From an uncultured Planctomycetaceae bacterium (GTDB taxonomy: Bacteria > Planctomycetota > Planctomycetia > Planctomycetales > Planctomycetaceae), in assembly GCA_964428935.1 (NCBI GenBank), contig CAYSAG010000036.1, forward strand, positions 3,000 to 26,999: a stretch of DNA of 24,000 bases. Direction: 5' to 3'. Under the pieces are notes generated by a model that did not search any database, had not been told where the DNA came from, and saw only the letters and a program-made list of their open reading frames with translations. Shown piece after piece: positions 1-8,708 of this stretch (its first letter is position 1; each line of letters starts with the position of its first letter). The translations under genes were made by a program, and so were the position numbers.

Positions 1-408
1 GTGGCAGAAGCCGGAGCCGTGAGCCGGAACGTTCGAGACCACGAACGCGGCCCGTGACCTCGGGCCACGCCGTTCGGTACGTCGGAAACACACCGGTTGC
101 GAAACCGACTGCGGAGACTATGATCACGGTCAGCGAGGTCGGTCTCCGAGACGGTCGGAGTGTCGCCGGAGGGGGCGGGTTGTTCCGAAGCGGCCAGTCA
201 GCCGGAGGGGCGGCGCGGACTCATGCCACGCAGCTCGAGAACGGCCGCGCAGTCGAGCGTCGGGCTCAAACCGGCCCTCACCGTCGAAAAAGGCTGACTC
301 GTGGAGGGCCAGCCGGCGGCCGTCGGTTCCGCGGACAAACGGTCCTGTCCCGTTTCGGCGTCCGGAAGAAATGGTTCCAGAAGGGAGTTCAGCAAGGGGA
401 GTCCAGCC

Positions 409-1830
409 ATGACCGAGTACCGAATTGAACGCGACTCGATGGGCGAGGTGAAGGTTCCGGCTCAGGCCTACTACGGCGCGCAGACACAACGGGCCGTCGA
501 GAACTTCCCGATTTCAGGTTGGCCCCTGCCGAAGGAACTGATTCACGCCTTGGGACTGGTCAAATACGCGGCGGCGGTCGCGAACCGCGACCTGGGCAAG
601 CTGACCGGGGGCAAACGGCCGCTCACCGACCAGCAGGTGGACGCTCTGCTGCAGGCCTGCCGCGAAGTGGCCCAGGGCCGAATGGACGACCAGTTCCCGG
701 TCGACGTCTTCCAGACCGGCTCTGGCACCTCCAGCAACATGAACGCCAATGAAGTGATTGCCAACCGAGCCATCGAGCTTTCCGGCGGCGACCGGTTCAG
801 CCCGCAAAAGGCCATTCACCCCAACGACCACGTGAACATGGGCCAAAGTACCAACGACATGTTTCCCACGGCCATTCACGTGGCCGTCGCTTTAGCCATC
901 AAAGAGAAGCTGATTCCGGCCCTGCAGCGCTTCGCCGACTCACTGGCCGAGAAAGCCAAGGCCTGGGACAAGATCATCAAGATCGGCCGGACGCACCTCA
1001 TGGACGCCACGCCGCTGCGTCTGGGACAGGAATTCAGCGGGTTTGCCCGGCAGTTGGAGCTGTCGGTGCTGCGAGCGAACCGGGCCTTGAAAATGGTCCT
1101 CGAACTGCCGGCGGGTGGTACGGCGGTCGGCACCGGAATCAACACGCATCCGGAGTTCGGCAAGCGGGTGGCCGAGGTGCTGGCTCAAGAGACCGGCATT
1201 CCTTTCGTCGAAGCGGCCAACCACTTCGAAGCCAATGCGCAGCGAGACGGGTTGGTGGAATGCCACGGCCAGTTGCGAGCCATTGCCGTCACGCTGTTCA
1301 ACGTCTCGAACAACATTCGGTGGCTCGGCAGCGGCCCTCGCTGTGGCTTCTACGAAATCAAGCTGCCCAGCCGCCAACCGGGCAGCTCGATCATGCCCGG
1401 CAAAGTGAACCCCGTTCTGTGCGAGAGCATGATGCAGGTCTGTGCCCGCGTACTGGGCAATGACCAGACGGTCTCGTTTAGCGGAGCCACGGGCGGTCAG
1501 TTCCAGCTCAACATCATGATGCCTGTCATGGGACACGCCACGCTGGAAAGCATTCGCCTGCTCGCCAACGTCACCAACGCGTTCGTGGACTTCTGCATGG
1601 AAGGCATGGAGGCGAACGAGCAGGCATGCGAGGCGGCCGTGGAGAAAAGCCTGTCCATGGTGACGGCCCTGAACCCGCTGATTGGCTACGAAAAGGCAGC
1701 CGAAATTGCCAAGGAAGCCTTCGCGACGGGCAAGACCATTCGTGAGCTTTGCCGAGAGAAGCGGGTGCTGCCGGAGGAAGAGCTGACCAAGGCGCTGGAC
1801 CCGTGGCGAATGACCGAGCCGCAGGCGTAG
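409..1830 (+). CDS. fumC: Class II fumarate hydratase (fumarase C)
   Basis: Lies in ORF 301..1830. The 473-aa product from ATG 409 (MTEYRIERDSMGEV...) matches my memory of E. coli FumC along its length. Motifs: QTGSGTSSNMNANEV (FumC-type, not the QGGAGTS of aspartase), HPNDHVNMGQSTND, KIGRTHLMDATP, and the fumarate-lyase signature GSSIMPGKVNP. AAGGGGA sits 8 nt upstream of ATG 409. The 36 codons between 301 and 409 are Arg/Gly-rich and not FumC-like. Confidence 0.92.
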   Translation: MTEYRIERDSMGEVKVPAQAYYGAQTQRAVENFPISGWPLPKELIHALGLVKYAAAVANRDLGKLTGGKRPLTDQQVDALLQACREVAQGRMDDQFPVDVFQTGSGTSSNMNANEVIANRAIELSGGDRFSPQKAIHPNDHVNMGQSTNDMFPTAIHVAVALAIKEKLIPALQRFADSLAEKAKAWDKIIKIGRTHLMDATPLRLGQEFSGFARQLELSVLRANRALKMVLELPAGGTAVGTGINTHPEFGKRVAEVLAQETGIPFVEAANHFEANAQRDGLVECHGQLRAIAVTLFNVSNNIRWLGSGPRCGFYEIKLPSRQPGSSIMPGKVNPVLCESMMQVCARVLGNDQTVSFSGATGGQFQLNIMMPVMGHATLESIRLLANVTNAFVDFCMEGMEANEQACEAAVEKSLSMVTALNPLIGYEKAAEIAKEAFATGKTIRELCREKRVLPEEELTKALDPWRMTEPQA

Positions 1831-1984
1831 CCGCGACCTGCAAGCAAAGCGGCGAATCCTCAAGCCCGTGGGGCGAGGCGGTCGTCAAGACGTTCGCCGA
1901 CAGCAGCCGCGGTGCTTTCCCGCGGCGACGCCCCACGACCAAACGGCCGGTCCGGGTGGCAGGTCGGTCCGTTAAGCCGGTCGG

Positions 1985-2320
1985 CTACCGGCTGGACGTC
2001 TGCGAGGTGTCCTCGACTTGCACGTCGCGGGCCGCCACGCGGTACTTGTTGTTCAGCCGGAAAAACCGGGCTCCCTGAAACGTCTCCTCACCCGTGATCT
2101 CGTAGCGACCCGGCGGCAAAGAGACCCGAAGACCGGTCCCCAATGCCCAGCCCTGAATGTAGTACCTAGTGATGCAAGTGCGAGGTCGGCTTGACACTGG
2201 CTGGATCATCGCCTCGTTGGTTGAACGTCGCTCGTCCAGGCCCAGTTGGTCGTTGTCTGCGTTCCGACCCGGAACCGCTGATTCCTCTGGCACGCTGTCG
2301 AGGCAGTGCACCGTGTTCAT
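1985..2320 (-). CDS. Hypothetical small protein (111 aa, or 74 aa if it starts at ATG 2209)
   Basis: Hand-read third-codon positions are G/C-rich through the ORF, similar to the confirmed genes. No family motif recognised (C-terminal half ...YYIQGWALGTGLRVSLPPGRYEITGEETFQGARFFRLNNKYRV...). No convincing SD before either start, so the start is uncertain. Confidence 0.35.
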   Translation of the reverse strand: MNTVHCLDSVPEESAVPGRNADNDQLGLDERRSTNEAMIQPVSSRPRTCITRYYIQGWALGTGLRVSLPPGRYEITGEETFQGARFFRLNNKYRVAARDVQVEDTSQTSSR

Positions 2321-3237
2321 TGGCTGTCAGGACCGGTCATGCCGGCCCGTCTGGGGAAACATCGGTTGGCAACCACAGTTTCCATGAGCCGTAGTACCAG
2401 CACAGCCGACCAATCGCAAAAAATTTTTCGGCTGCGTGGCCCAACCCGCTGGAAACTTCCGTTGAATTTGTGGCCCGAATGAAAGCTAGGAATTATGCCG
2501 CCGCTTCCAACGGGTGTCTAGACCGATCGACGCCTAATTTCACCAAGAGCAACAACTAGCGACGATTGACGGCAAACCGCCCGGGTTCAGACGGGGCGTG
2601 TACGGGGAGACCGACCGAAAAACGGAACGCGCCGACCAACGAGCGGCCCCGTCAGAAGCCACGACTTGCGGCAGCCGACCACGCTCGCCGGCGTACCCCA
2701 CCCTCGCGTCTGTTCGCCGGTGTCTGAAACCGGACGCTGCAACTGTCGTTTTCGGCGATTCGCAGGCGCGTCGCGCGGTCTGCTCACCGGCTTCCGCGTT
2801 CCAGCCCAAGCACCCGCCGCCTTGACACGCCCGGGCGAACCGAGCTGCTGCCGCGGTTACCTGTACAAGTCAGTGAAAGCACCGGTAAAATCCGCTTTCA
2901 ACCCGCCGGTCGAGGGTTGGGTGGGAACCAGTCCCGAGCGTCGAGACGTCTAAGTGGCATGAGTCGGACTGCGCAGTTGGGCGTCCCCGTTCCGAGCCCT
3001 GGTGGACTGCTCTGTTTTCCGCGGTCGCTCGGAGAACGAGCCACCCTCCAACGACGGTGTCGCTCGCCGTGCCACGGGCCGACCACAGGACACGCTCGGT
3101 GCGGGTGCCCGGCTTGGCTCGGCGAGCACGGCCGTCAGCCTGTCTCGGACGTGAAACTGTGAACTCGGAACTTCAACCCGAAAGCCACCCGAAGCCTGCG
3201 TCAAGCCAATTGCCCGAAGCGAACACGGGAGAAAGTC

Positions 3238-4929
3238 ATGTCGAGCGGTGGAGCGTTTGAGCGAATCCCACCGGACCTGCTGTCGGCCTTTCTGGACGGA
3301 GAAGTCTCGGAAGAAGAGCGAACGCTGGCCGGGAAGCTGTTGAGCGAATCCGAGCAGGCGGCGAAGGAGCTGGAAGACTACCGGAAGCTGCGAGCGCTCT
3401 TGCAGGAGCTGCCGGAACAGGAGACGCTGGGGCCGGAGTTCGCGTCGGCCGTGCTGAAACAAATCGAACGGGAAATGCTGCTGCCGTCCGCCACGGAGCG
3501 GCCGGCGGCCCGGGGGGCACAACGGTGGTCGCGGTTGGTGGTCTTGGCCGCCACGTTGCTGGTGGCCGTGGTTGTCGCTGGAGTTTGGGTGAGACGAGTC
3601 CACGAGAACGGAGCGGCCCGGTTGGCGCAGTCGGAGTCGGTCGCGCAGCCGGTTCATGTCAAAGAGTCCGCCAGAGAAGCTCCCGCCGCCACCGCCGCAA
3701 AGGTTGCCCTCGAAGAGTCGGCCAGTGAAACGCTCGAGTCCGAAGCCTCTGCCGGTCCCGCACGTCCTGCGCCTTCTGCGACGCCGTCCCAGCCCGTCGC
3801 CGTTGCGGTTTTGGAGCCCAGGACGACCGCCGAGCGTCTCGCCCGCACCGCGGCGGCATCAAAGCCGACCCCACCGGCCGCCTCGCAACCCCCAGCCGTT
3901 GTCGCCCTGGACGCCGGCGTTCGAACCAGCGAGTCCAAGCCGACCGGTGCAGCTGCCAGCGCAACGCAGCCTTCGGCCGACGAAACGCAACGCGAAAGCT
4001 CGGGCTGGCAGCTGACGTTCAACCAGGAAACCCTCCGGACGGCGGACATTGGCCAAGTCGTGGAGGCTCTGGCCACCTCCGGAGACCGCGTGGCGGTGGT
4101 CCGGCTGACGGTCGTGGACAAACAACGCGGGCTCGACTCGCTGCAGCTCTTGTTGGCACGCAACTCCATTGCACCGGCGCCGGAACGAACTGCCGGCCCG
4201 CCGGCACAAGCCGCTGAGGGCATGGTGGCGGTGTACGTCGAGTCGACCAGCGAGCAGTTGGCGGCGACGCTGCGTCAATTGCAGCACGAAGACTTGTTCC
4301 GCGGGTTCGAGGTGGCCGGTCCCATTGAAGTGGCTCAGCTAGACGTTCCGGAGCTGCGTCGTTCGGTCCGACGGCTGGCCAGCGAAGCGAAAGGCGGTGG
4401 ACGAGCCACGAGGAAAGCTGCCGCGAAGGGGCCGAGCGTCGCGGCGCGTGGCCCGTCGGCTCGTGCCGTTTCCCCCGCGTCGACCAAAGCAGCGGTCGCA
4501 GAAGTGGCCAAGCGACAGAAGACGGCGGCACGGGAGTTGAGCGAGTCGAAGGGTCGGCAGCGTGGGGTGTCCAAGCCGCCTCAACCTGAAGCCTTCTCCC
4601 TCGCCGAAGCCGCTCCGCCGCAGCCCCCTTCCCCGCTCGGACGGCGTTCCACCGAGCCGTCTGCGCAGGCCAAGCCGTCGGCCGGTGTCGTTTCCGCGTC
4701 GCGTCAGGTGGCCATGGTTTTGCCGCCGTCTTTGGCCGAGCAGCTTCGGCGGCTCGGCCTCTCTGGCGAGAAGGGCGTGGCACCGGAGGCTCGTGGCGTC
4801 GCGAAGGCCTCGCCCGAACAACCCTTCCGCGTCCGGGCGCGCGTGTGTCGCCCGGGCGGCGAGCCGTTGCGGGTCCTGTTCGTGCTGGTGCCGGTTGAGC
4901 CGGAAGGCCAGAACGGCAGCGACTCGTAA
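3238..4929 (+). CDS. Anti-sigma-factor-like single-pass membrane protein (563 aa), no adjacent sigma factor gene
   Basis: The N-terminal ~60 aa (IPPDLLSAFLDGEVSEEERTLAGKLL...ELEDYRKLRALLQELP) follow the pattern of the anti-sigma N-terminal domain (zf-HC2/RskA-like) but lack His/Cys ligands. One hydrophobic helix, WSRLVVLAATLLVAVVVAGVWV. The remainder is a long Ala/Pro/Ser-rich region around a more ordinary-looking ~110-aa segment (WQLTFNQETLRTADIGQVVEAL...FEVAGPIEVAQLD). GGGAG lies 6 nt upstream of ATG 3238. Confidence 0.7.
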   Translation: MSSGGAFERIPPDLLSAFLDGEVSEEERTLAGKLLSESEQAAKELEDYRKLRALLQELPEQETLGPEFASAVLKQIEREMLLPSATERPAARGAQRWSRLVVLAATLLVAVVVAGVWVRRVHENGAARLAQSESVAQPVHVKESAREAPAATAAKVALEESASETLESEASAGPARPAPSATPSQPVAVAVLEPRTTAERLARTAAASKPTPPAASQPPAVVALDAGVRTSESKPTGAAASATQPSADETQRESSGWQLTFNQETLRTADIGQVVEALATSGDRVAVVRLTVVDKQRGLDSLQLLLARNSIAPAPERTAGPPAQAAEGMVAVYVESTSEQLAATLRQLQHEDLFRGFEVAGPIEVAQLDVPELRRSVRRLASEAKGGGRATRKAAAKGPSVAARGPSARAVSPASTKAAVAEVAKRQKTAARELSESKGRQRGVSKPPQPEAFSLAEAAPPQPPSPLGRRSTEPSAQAKPSAGVVSASRQVAMVLPPSLAEQLRRLGLSGEKGVAPEARGVAKASPEQPFRVRARVCRPGGEPLRVLFVLVPVEPEGQNGSDS

Positions 4930-5167
4930 GCCGGCCGGCCACGCTCTCCACGCCTCTGCTGGCGGGGGACACTTTTACCCGCTGGTGACGAGCGAGTCGC
5001 TCTCGTCCCACACGCCGGTTCGTCGACAACGGCACGTCGCTTCGACCGAACGTTCTCTCGGCCCGGCGCGCGGTTGCCTTTTGCAGTCGACGCGACGTTT
5101 TTCCTCCCGAGGCCAGCGTTCTTCCTGCAGTGTGCCTCGTTGCTGTCAGTGGGAAACCTCGTTCGCG

Positions 5168-8100
5168 TCAACGAGCCACGGCCGCCCGGACCGTCAGCGT
5201 GCGTTCGGTTTTTCGTCCGGAGGCCAGTTCGGTGGCCCGGACGGTCCAGCGGCCAGGGACGTCGTTTCGAGCCAGCTCCAGCTTCAGCTTCAGCCGTCCC
5301 GAGGCGGCTCCGTAGTAGCCCGTTGGTTCAGCCGGACGGCCCTGCGGGTCCAGCACTTCCAGCCGCACCGGGACGACGGCGTCCAGCGGCTGGCCGTCCG
5401 GGTCGACCACACGCAGCTCGACCGGCACGGCCTGTCCTAACAGGGCCTGCCGCGGCACCTCCAGCTCGACCCGGTCAATTCTTTGCGGCGTGACGAGGAA
5501 CACGCCGCCGGCGCCCGGTCCCAGCGTGACGTCGAAGGCCACGCCGTCCTTTTGCGGCGACGCCGGCACCGGTCGGTGAGCGACCAGGTCGTAGACCGCG
5601 GCCCCTGGCTGACGGACCGTCACCGTGCCTTCCAGCGGCAGTCCCTTTTCCATGACTCGGCCGTGGTGACCGACGTAGTCGCCGAAGGTGCGGCGGTCGT
5701 TCAGCACGAACACGTAGTCGCTGCGTCCGTACTGTCGGCAGCGAACGACCAGGTCGGGCTGGCTGGAGTCGACGTGTCGCCGGTAGAGCGGGTCGAGCGC
5801 TTGGCGCAGTTCGGCCGCCTTGGCTTGCAACGCGGCTTTGTCTTCGTCGGCCTTTCCGGTTCGCTGGTAGCTTTGCATTCGAATGTCGGGCTCAATGGCC
5901 GGACACAACGTTTCGTCCGCCACAACAATTCCACCCCGTTGCTGGAACTGCTTCACCGCTCGGACCACCGACTCGGTCAGCACGTCGCAGTAGGGCAACA
6001 CGAGCACGCGCACGCCTTCTAGGCCGTCGCGTTGAATGGTTTCGTCGTAGAGGATTCGCGGCTGAAGGTGAGCCCACTGCAGAATCAAGTGCACGTCGGC
6101 CTCCCAGCGGTTGCTCCACCCCCACGTGCCGCGTCGCGCGAACATTTGCGAGGTGAAACTTTCGAGCACGGCCACGTCGCTGGGCCGGTCCGGCACCTGC
6201 AGCAGCGTGGGCCCGAGCGGCCGGACGACCCGCCGAATCAGCTCGCTCAAGACCTGGCGCGTCTTCGGGTTTGTGAACCGGTAGCTGCCGTGCGGAGCGG
6301 GAACCAGCGAGCCCCAGCCGTGGTACATGATTCCCGCCACCGGCCGTGAAATCTTCGACCAGAACGCCTCCCGCAAGTGGTCGGGAGCAATGGTAATGAA
6401 CCGGGCGTCGGGAATTGTTTTTTCCCAGTCCGCTCGGCGAGCTGGGTCGTCCGGCAGTTTGGGGGCGGTCTGTGAGCGGTACCAAATGATTTGGGTCATT
6501 TTCATGACCCGCTGTCGGCCGGCCTTTCCGTCGGCCATGGCGAACAGCTCGTCGCACGCCTGACCAATTTTGATTGGGTCCGGGTACGTGTAGGTCCACT
6601 GCGAGACGACGTCCACTTCGCCGCCGCTGCCCCAGAGGCTGGGAACGCGGACGGCTGGGTCGAAGAACGTCCACAGGTCGTCGCGGCCGGTGGACTTGAG
6701 ACCGCGGTGAAGTTGCGAGTGCATTTCGTTCCAGCCGTCGCCGACCTTCCAAAACCAGCGGTAGAAGGTGAGCAGTGGGTCGTTGTCGGGAAGGACGCGG
6801 TTGGCCGGGAAATCGGGCAGCCGCGTGTAGTCCACCCCGCGCTTGCTGACCGCTTCAGACGGCACGTCGAAGCCCGCAAAGCGGCGGAAGGCTTCCACGT
6901 CGTGCGGGTGAAAGCACAGGTTCGTCGCGTCGCGGACCTCGGTGTCAATCAAAGCTGCCTGCAGGGCGGGAAACCGCCCGAACGTCTGCGCGACGCTGGC
7001 GCCGACGTTGTAAGCGAACCGCTGCAGTTCGGGGAAGCGGGCGCAAATGTCCGTCCGCGCGTACGGCTTGCCCTGACGGTCGATTCGCTGGTAGCGGGCC
7101 TTTCGGTTCTCGTCTTGCAAGACCCAGCGGCGAGGCGACAAGTTCACCACCGCTCCGACCCCTTCGGCCAAGTACTCGTTCAGCATTTCGACGGCTTCGC
7201 GCAGCCGGGACGGGTCGACGGCTTGAGTCGGCTGCCCCGCCTGCCAGACGCGTCCGTAGTCGACCAAAGCGACCAACTGGTGCGTGAACCCGATTTCCTT
7301 GACCGTTTGCAAGTCGCCGCGTCCCCACATGACGACCGGCATTTGGAAGGGCTTCGGACGCGGCACCAGCGCAACGGTCAACGACAACTCGGCCGCGACG
7401 CGTCGGTCGCCGTTGCGGCCTGTCAGTCGAGCCGTCACGGGGTAGCGGTCCGGTCGCAGGGACGTGTCGACGGGCAGCACGAGCCGTTTGGACCGACCGG
7501 GCTCCACCTTCCCCACGTCGACTTCTCTTTGCAGCACGACTTCGCCGGAAAGCGTGAGGCGAGCGTCAGTCAGGGGGGCCGGCGAGTCGTTGACGACGTC
7601 GAGCCACAGGCAAGCTTTCGGTTCCATTCGCACAAAGCTGGTGCGGGACAATGACGCCGTCAGCTCCACACGGCCCGCAAAGTACGGCACCACGCCGTTC
7701 GAAATGCGGACCTCGTCAATGTACCCCGGAAACCCAGCGTACAGGCTGCCGAAGCGGTCTCCAATGACCAAGTCGTAGGGACCGGGCGCGACCGACCCTC
7801 GACCTTCGTGGCGGACTCGCCCGACCGGCCGACCGTTCAAGAAGAAACGGCCCGTTCCGGCTCCGTCGTAAGAAAAAGCGACGTGGTACCAACGGCCCGG
7901 CACGAGTTCAAAAGCGTCCGACGCGTACTCGGCCGAGTCCTCGCCGTAGCCCAGGTAGGCCACCAAGCGCCACTTCTGCTGGCCCGCTCGACGCAAGTAC
8001 AAGCAGTAATCGCTGTTGGCTCGCCGTCCTTTCCTCGGGTAGTGCAGGTACTTCTTGTCGAGCAGGAAAGCGGTTGGCCGTTGGCTGAGTTCCGGTTTGG

Positions 8101-8518
8101 GTTGAACCCACAGCTCCAGCGTGAAAGGGCCGGCCGGCGTCAGGTCGGGCGAGTTCTTGCAGACGGCTCCTTGAGCGGTGTTCTTGTCCTGGCCGGGACC
8201 GAACGATTCCAGACACCCGCCGAACTTCCCTTTCGCAACGAACCGGCTCCGTCCGCGCAGCGTCAACGTGTGTCCGTGGCCCGACGCGTCGACCGTCTCG
8301 GCCCCTTGGTCGAAGTGCCACAGCGCGACGACCGTCGGACCGGTCGCACTCGCACCCGTGTAGGGACGCTGCCACGGCAACGGCCGACCTTCCGGCTCAG
8401 TCTGGTCCTGTCCCCAGACAGCGGCCGCGCCGAACGCCGACACGAGGAGCAACAGCACCGCCAGCAGCCTGCGTGCGACCGGCGCGCACACGTGGAGCTT
8501 CACACTCGACGGTTTCAT
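5168..8518 (-). CDS. Secreted LamG (concanavalin A-like lectin/glucanase) domain protein fused to a putative GH42-like glycoside-hydrolase-type region
   Basis: Lies in ORF 5168..8623. I prefer ATG 8518 because it begins a signal-peptide-like MKPSSVKLHVCAPVARRLLAVLLLLVSAFGAAAVWGQ and GGGGAGGG sits 7 nt upstream. LamG_3-type pattern: HGHTLTLRGRSRFVAKGKFGGCL...FTLELWVQP...WYHVAFSYDGAGTGRFFLNGRPVG...GYIDEVRISN. The downstream region resembles TIM-barrel plus GH42 'trimerisation'-like segments (VLVLPYCDVLTESVVRAVKQFQQRGGIVVADE). The hydrolase assignment is tentative. Confidence 0.8.
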   Translation of the reverse strand: MKPSSVKLHVCAPVARRLLAVLLLLVSAFGAAAVWGQDQTEPEGRPLPWQRPYTGASATGPTVVALWHFDQGAETVDASGHGHTLTLRGRSRFVAKGKFGGCLESFGPGQDKNTAQGAVCKNSPDLTPAGPFTLELWVQPKPELSQRPTAFLLDKKYLHYPRKGRRANSDYCLYLRRAGQQKWRLVAYLGYGEDSAEYASDAFELVPGRWYHVAFSYDGAGTGRFFLNGRPVGRVRHEGRGSVAPGPYDLVIGDRFGSLYAGFPGYIDEVRISNGVVPYFAGRVELTASLSRTSFVRMEPKACLWLDVVNDSPAPLTDARLTLSGEVVLQREVDVGKVEPGRSKRLVLPVDTSLRPDRYPVTARLTGRNGDRRVAAELSLTVALVPRPKPFQMPVVMWGRGDLQTVKEIGFTHQLVALVDYGRVWQAGQPTQAVDPSRLREAVEMLNEYLAEGVGAVVNLSPRRWVLQDENRKARYQRIDRQGKPYARTDICARFPELQRFAYNVGASVAQTFGRFPALQAALIDTEVRDATNLCFHPHDVEAFRRFAGFDVPSEAVSKRGVDYTRLPDFPANRVLPDNDPLLTFYRWFWKVGDGWNEMHSQLHRGLKSTGRDDLWTFFDPAVRVPSLWGSGGEVDVVSQWTYTYPDPIKIGQACDELFAMADGKAGRQRVMKMTQIIWYRSQTAPKLPDDPARRADWEKTIPDARFITIAPDHLREAFWSKISRPVAGIMYHGWGSLVPAPHGSYRFTNPKTRQVLSELIRRVVRPLGPTLLQVPDRPSDVAVLESFTSQMFARRGTWGWSNRWEADVHLILQWAHLQPRILYDETIQRDGLEGVRVLVLPYCDVLTESVVRAVKQFQQRGGIVVADETLCPAIEPDIRMQSYQRTGKADEDKAALQAKAAELRQALDPLYRRHVDSSQPDLVVRCRQYGRSDYVFVLNDRRTFGDYVGHHGRVMEKGLPLEGTVTVRQPGAAVYDLVAHRPVPASPQKDGVAFDVTLGPGAGGVFLVTPQRIDRVELEVPRQALLGQAVPVELRVVDPDGQPLDAVVPVRLEVLDPQGRPAEPTGYYGAASGRLKLKLELARNDVPGRWTVRATELASGRKTERTLTVRAAVAR

Positions 8519-8708
8519 GAAAAAGCCCTCCCCTGTGGCCAACCTCGTTCCCGTGCGTGGTCGTCTTGAGCTAACCGCCGGTCTGCCGTTCGTGGACCGC
8601 GCGGCCAGCTCCCGCCGCGACAACCGTCCGCGTCAGGCAGCCCGCGTCGCCGGCTCTTGCCGCTCACTTTCCGCCGCGCGCCTTCCGCCGGTCACGTCGT
8701 CTCGGCGT

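Noticed and set aside
1-300. A possible gene at the left edge. All three minus frames are open over 1-117, and one reads ...VIIVSAVGFATGVFPTY..., which resembles a TM helix. A 6-bp hairpin CGTTCG-AGACCA-CGAACG lies at 30-47.
   Set aside because: The stretch is too short, has background GC3 and shows no motif. The hairpin does not have tRNA T-arm geometry. I cannot support any call here.
301-408. N-terminal extensions of several ORF-track entries: fumC from 301, the LamG protein from 8623, the URO-D family gene from 21453, the lipoprotein from 13594, and the LysM protein from 19325.
   Set aside because: The extensions are Arg/Gly-rich and unlike the families concerned. Internal ATGs with SD-like sequences give canonical N-termini or signal peptides.
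2580-2590. The minus-strand reading CUGAACCCGGG is identical to a stretch of E. coli RNase P RNA, and the + strand GUGAAAGCACCGGUAAAAUCC near 2873-2893 vaguely resembles the RNase P CR-III region.
   Set aside because: The two hits are on opposite strands. The universally conserved GAGGAAAGUCCGG and ACAGAACCCGGCUUA elements are absent on both strands.
2513-2600. A tmRNA-like impression (GGGUGUCUAGACCGAUCGACGCC..., with a short frame GCA ACA ACU AGC GAC GAU UGA).
   Set aside because: There is no tRNA-like acceptor/T-arm or CCA end. The putative tag (ATTSDD) lacks the hydrophobic C-terminus of known tags.
2917-3162. An 81-aa TTG-start ORF whose segment LSGMSRTAQLGVPV mimics the spacing of the ECF sigma region-4 helix-turn-helix (LS.......LGVPVGTV.SRL). 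It could be a remnant of the missing sigma factor.
   Set aside because: Only the LS...LGVPV residues match. The GTV.SRL continuation is absent in all three frames, there is no region-2 signal upstream, and GC3 is at background level. This is too weak to call a pseudogene.
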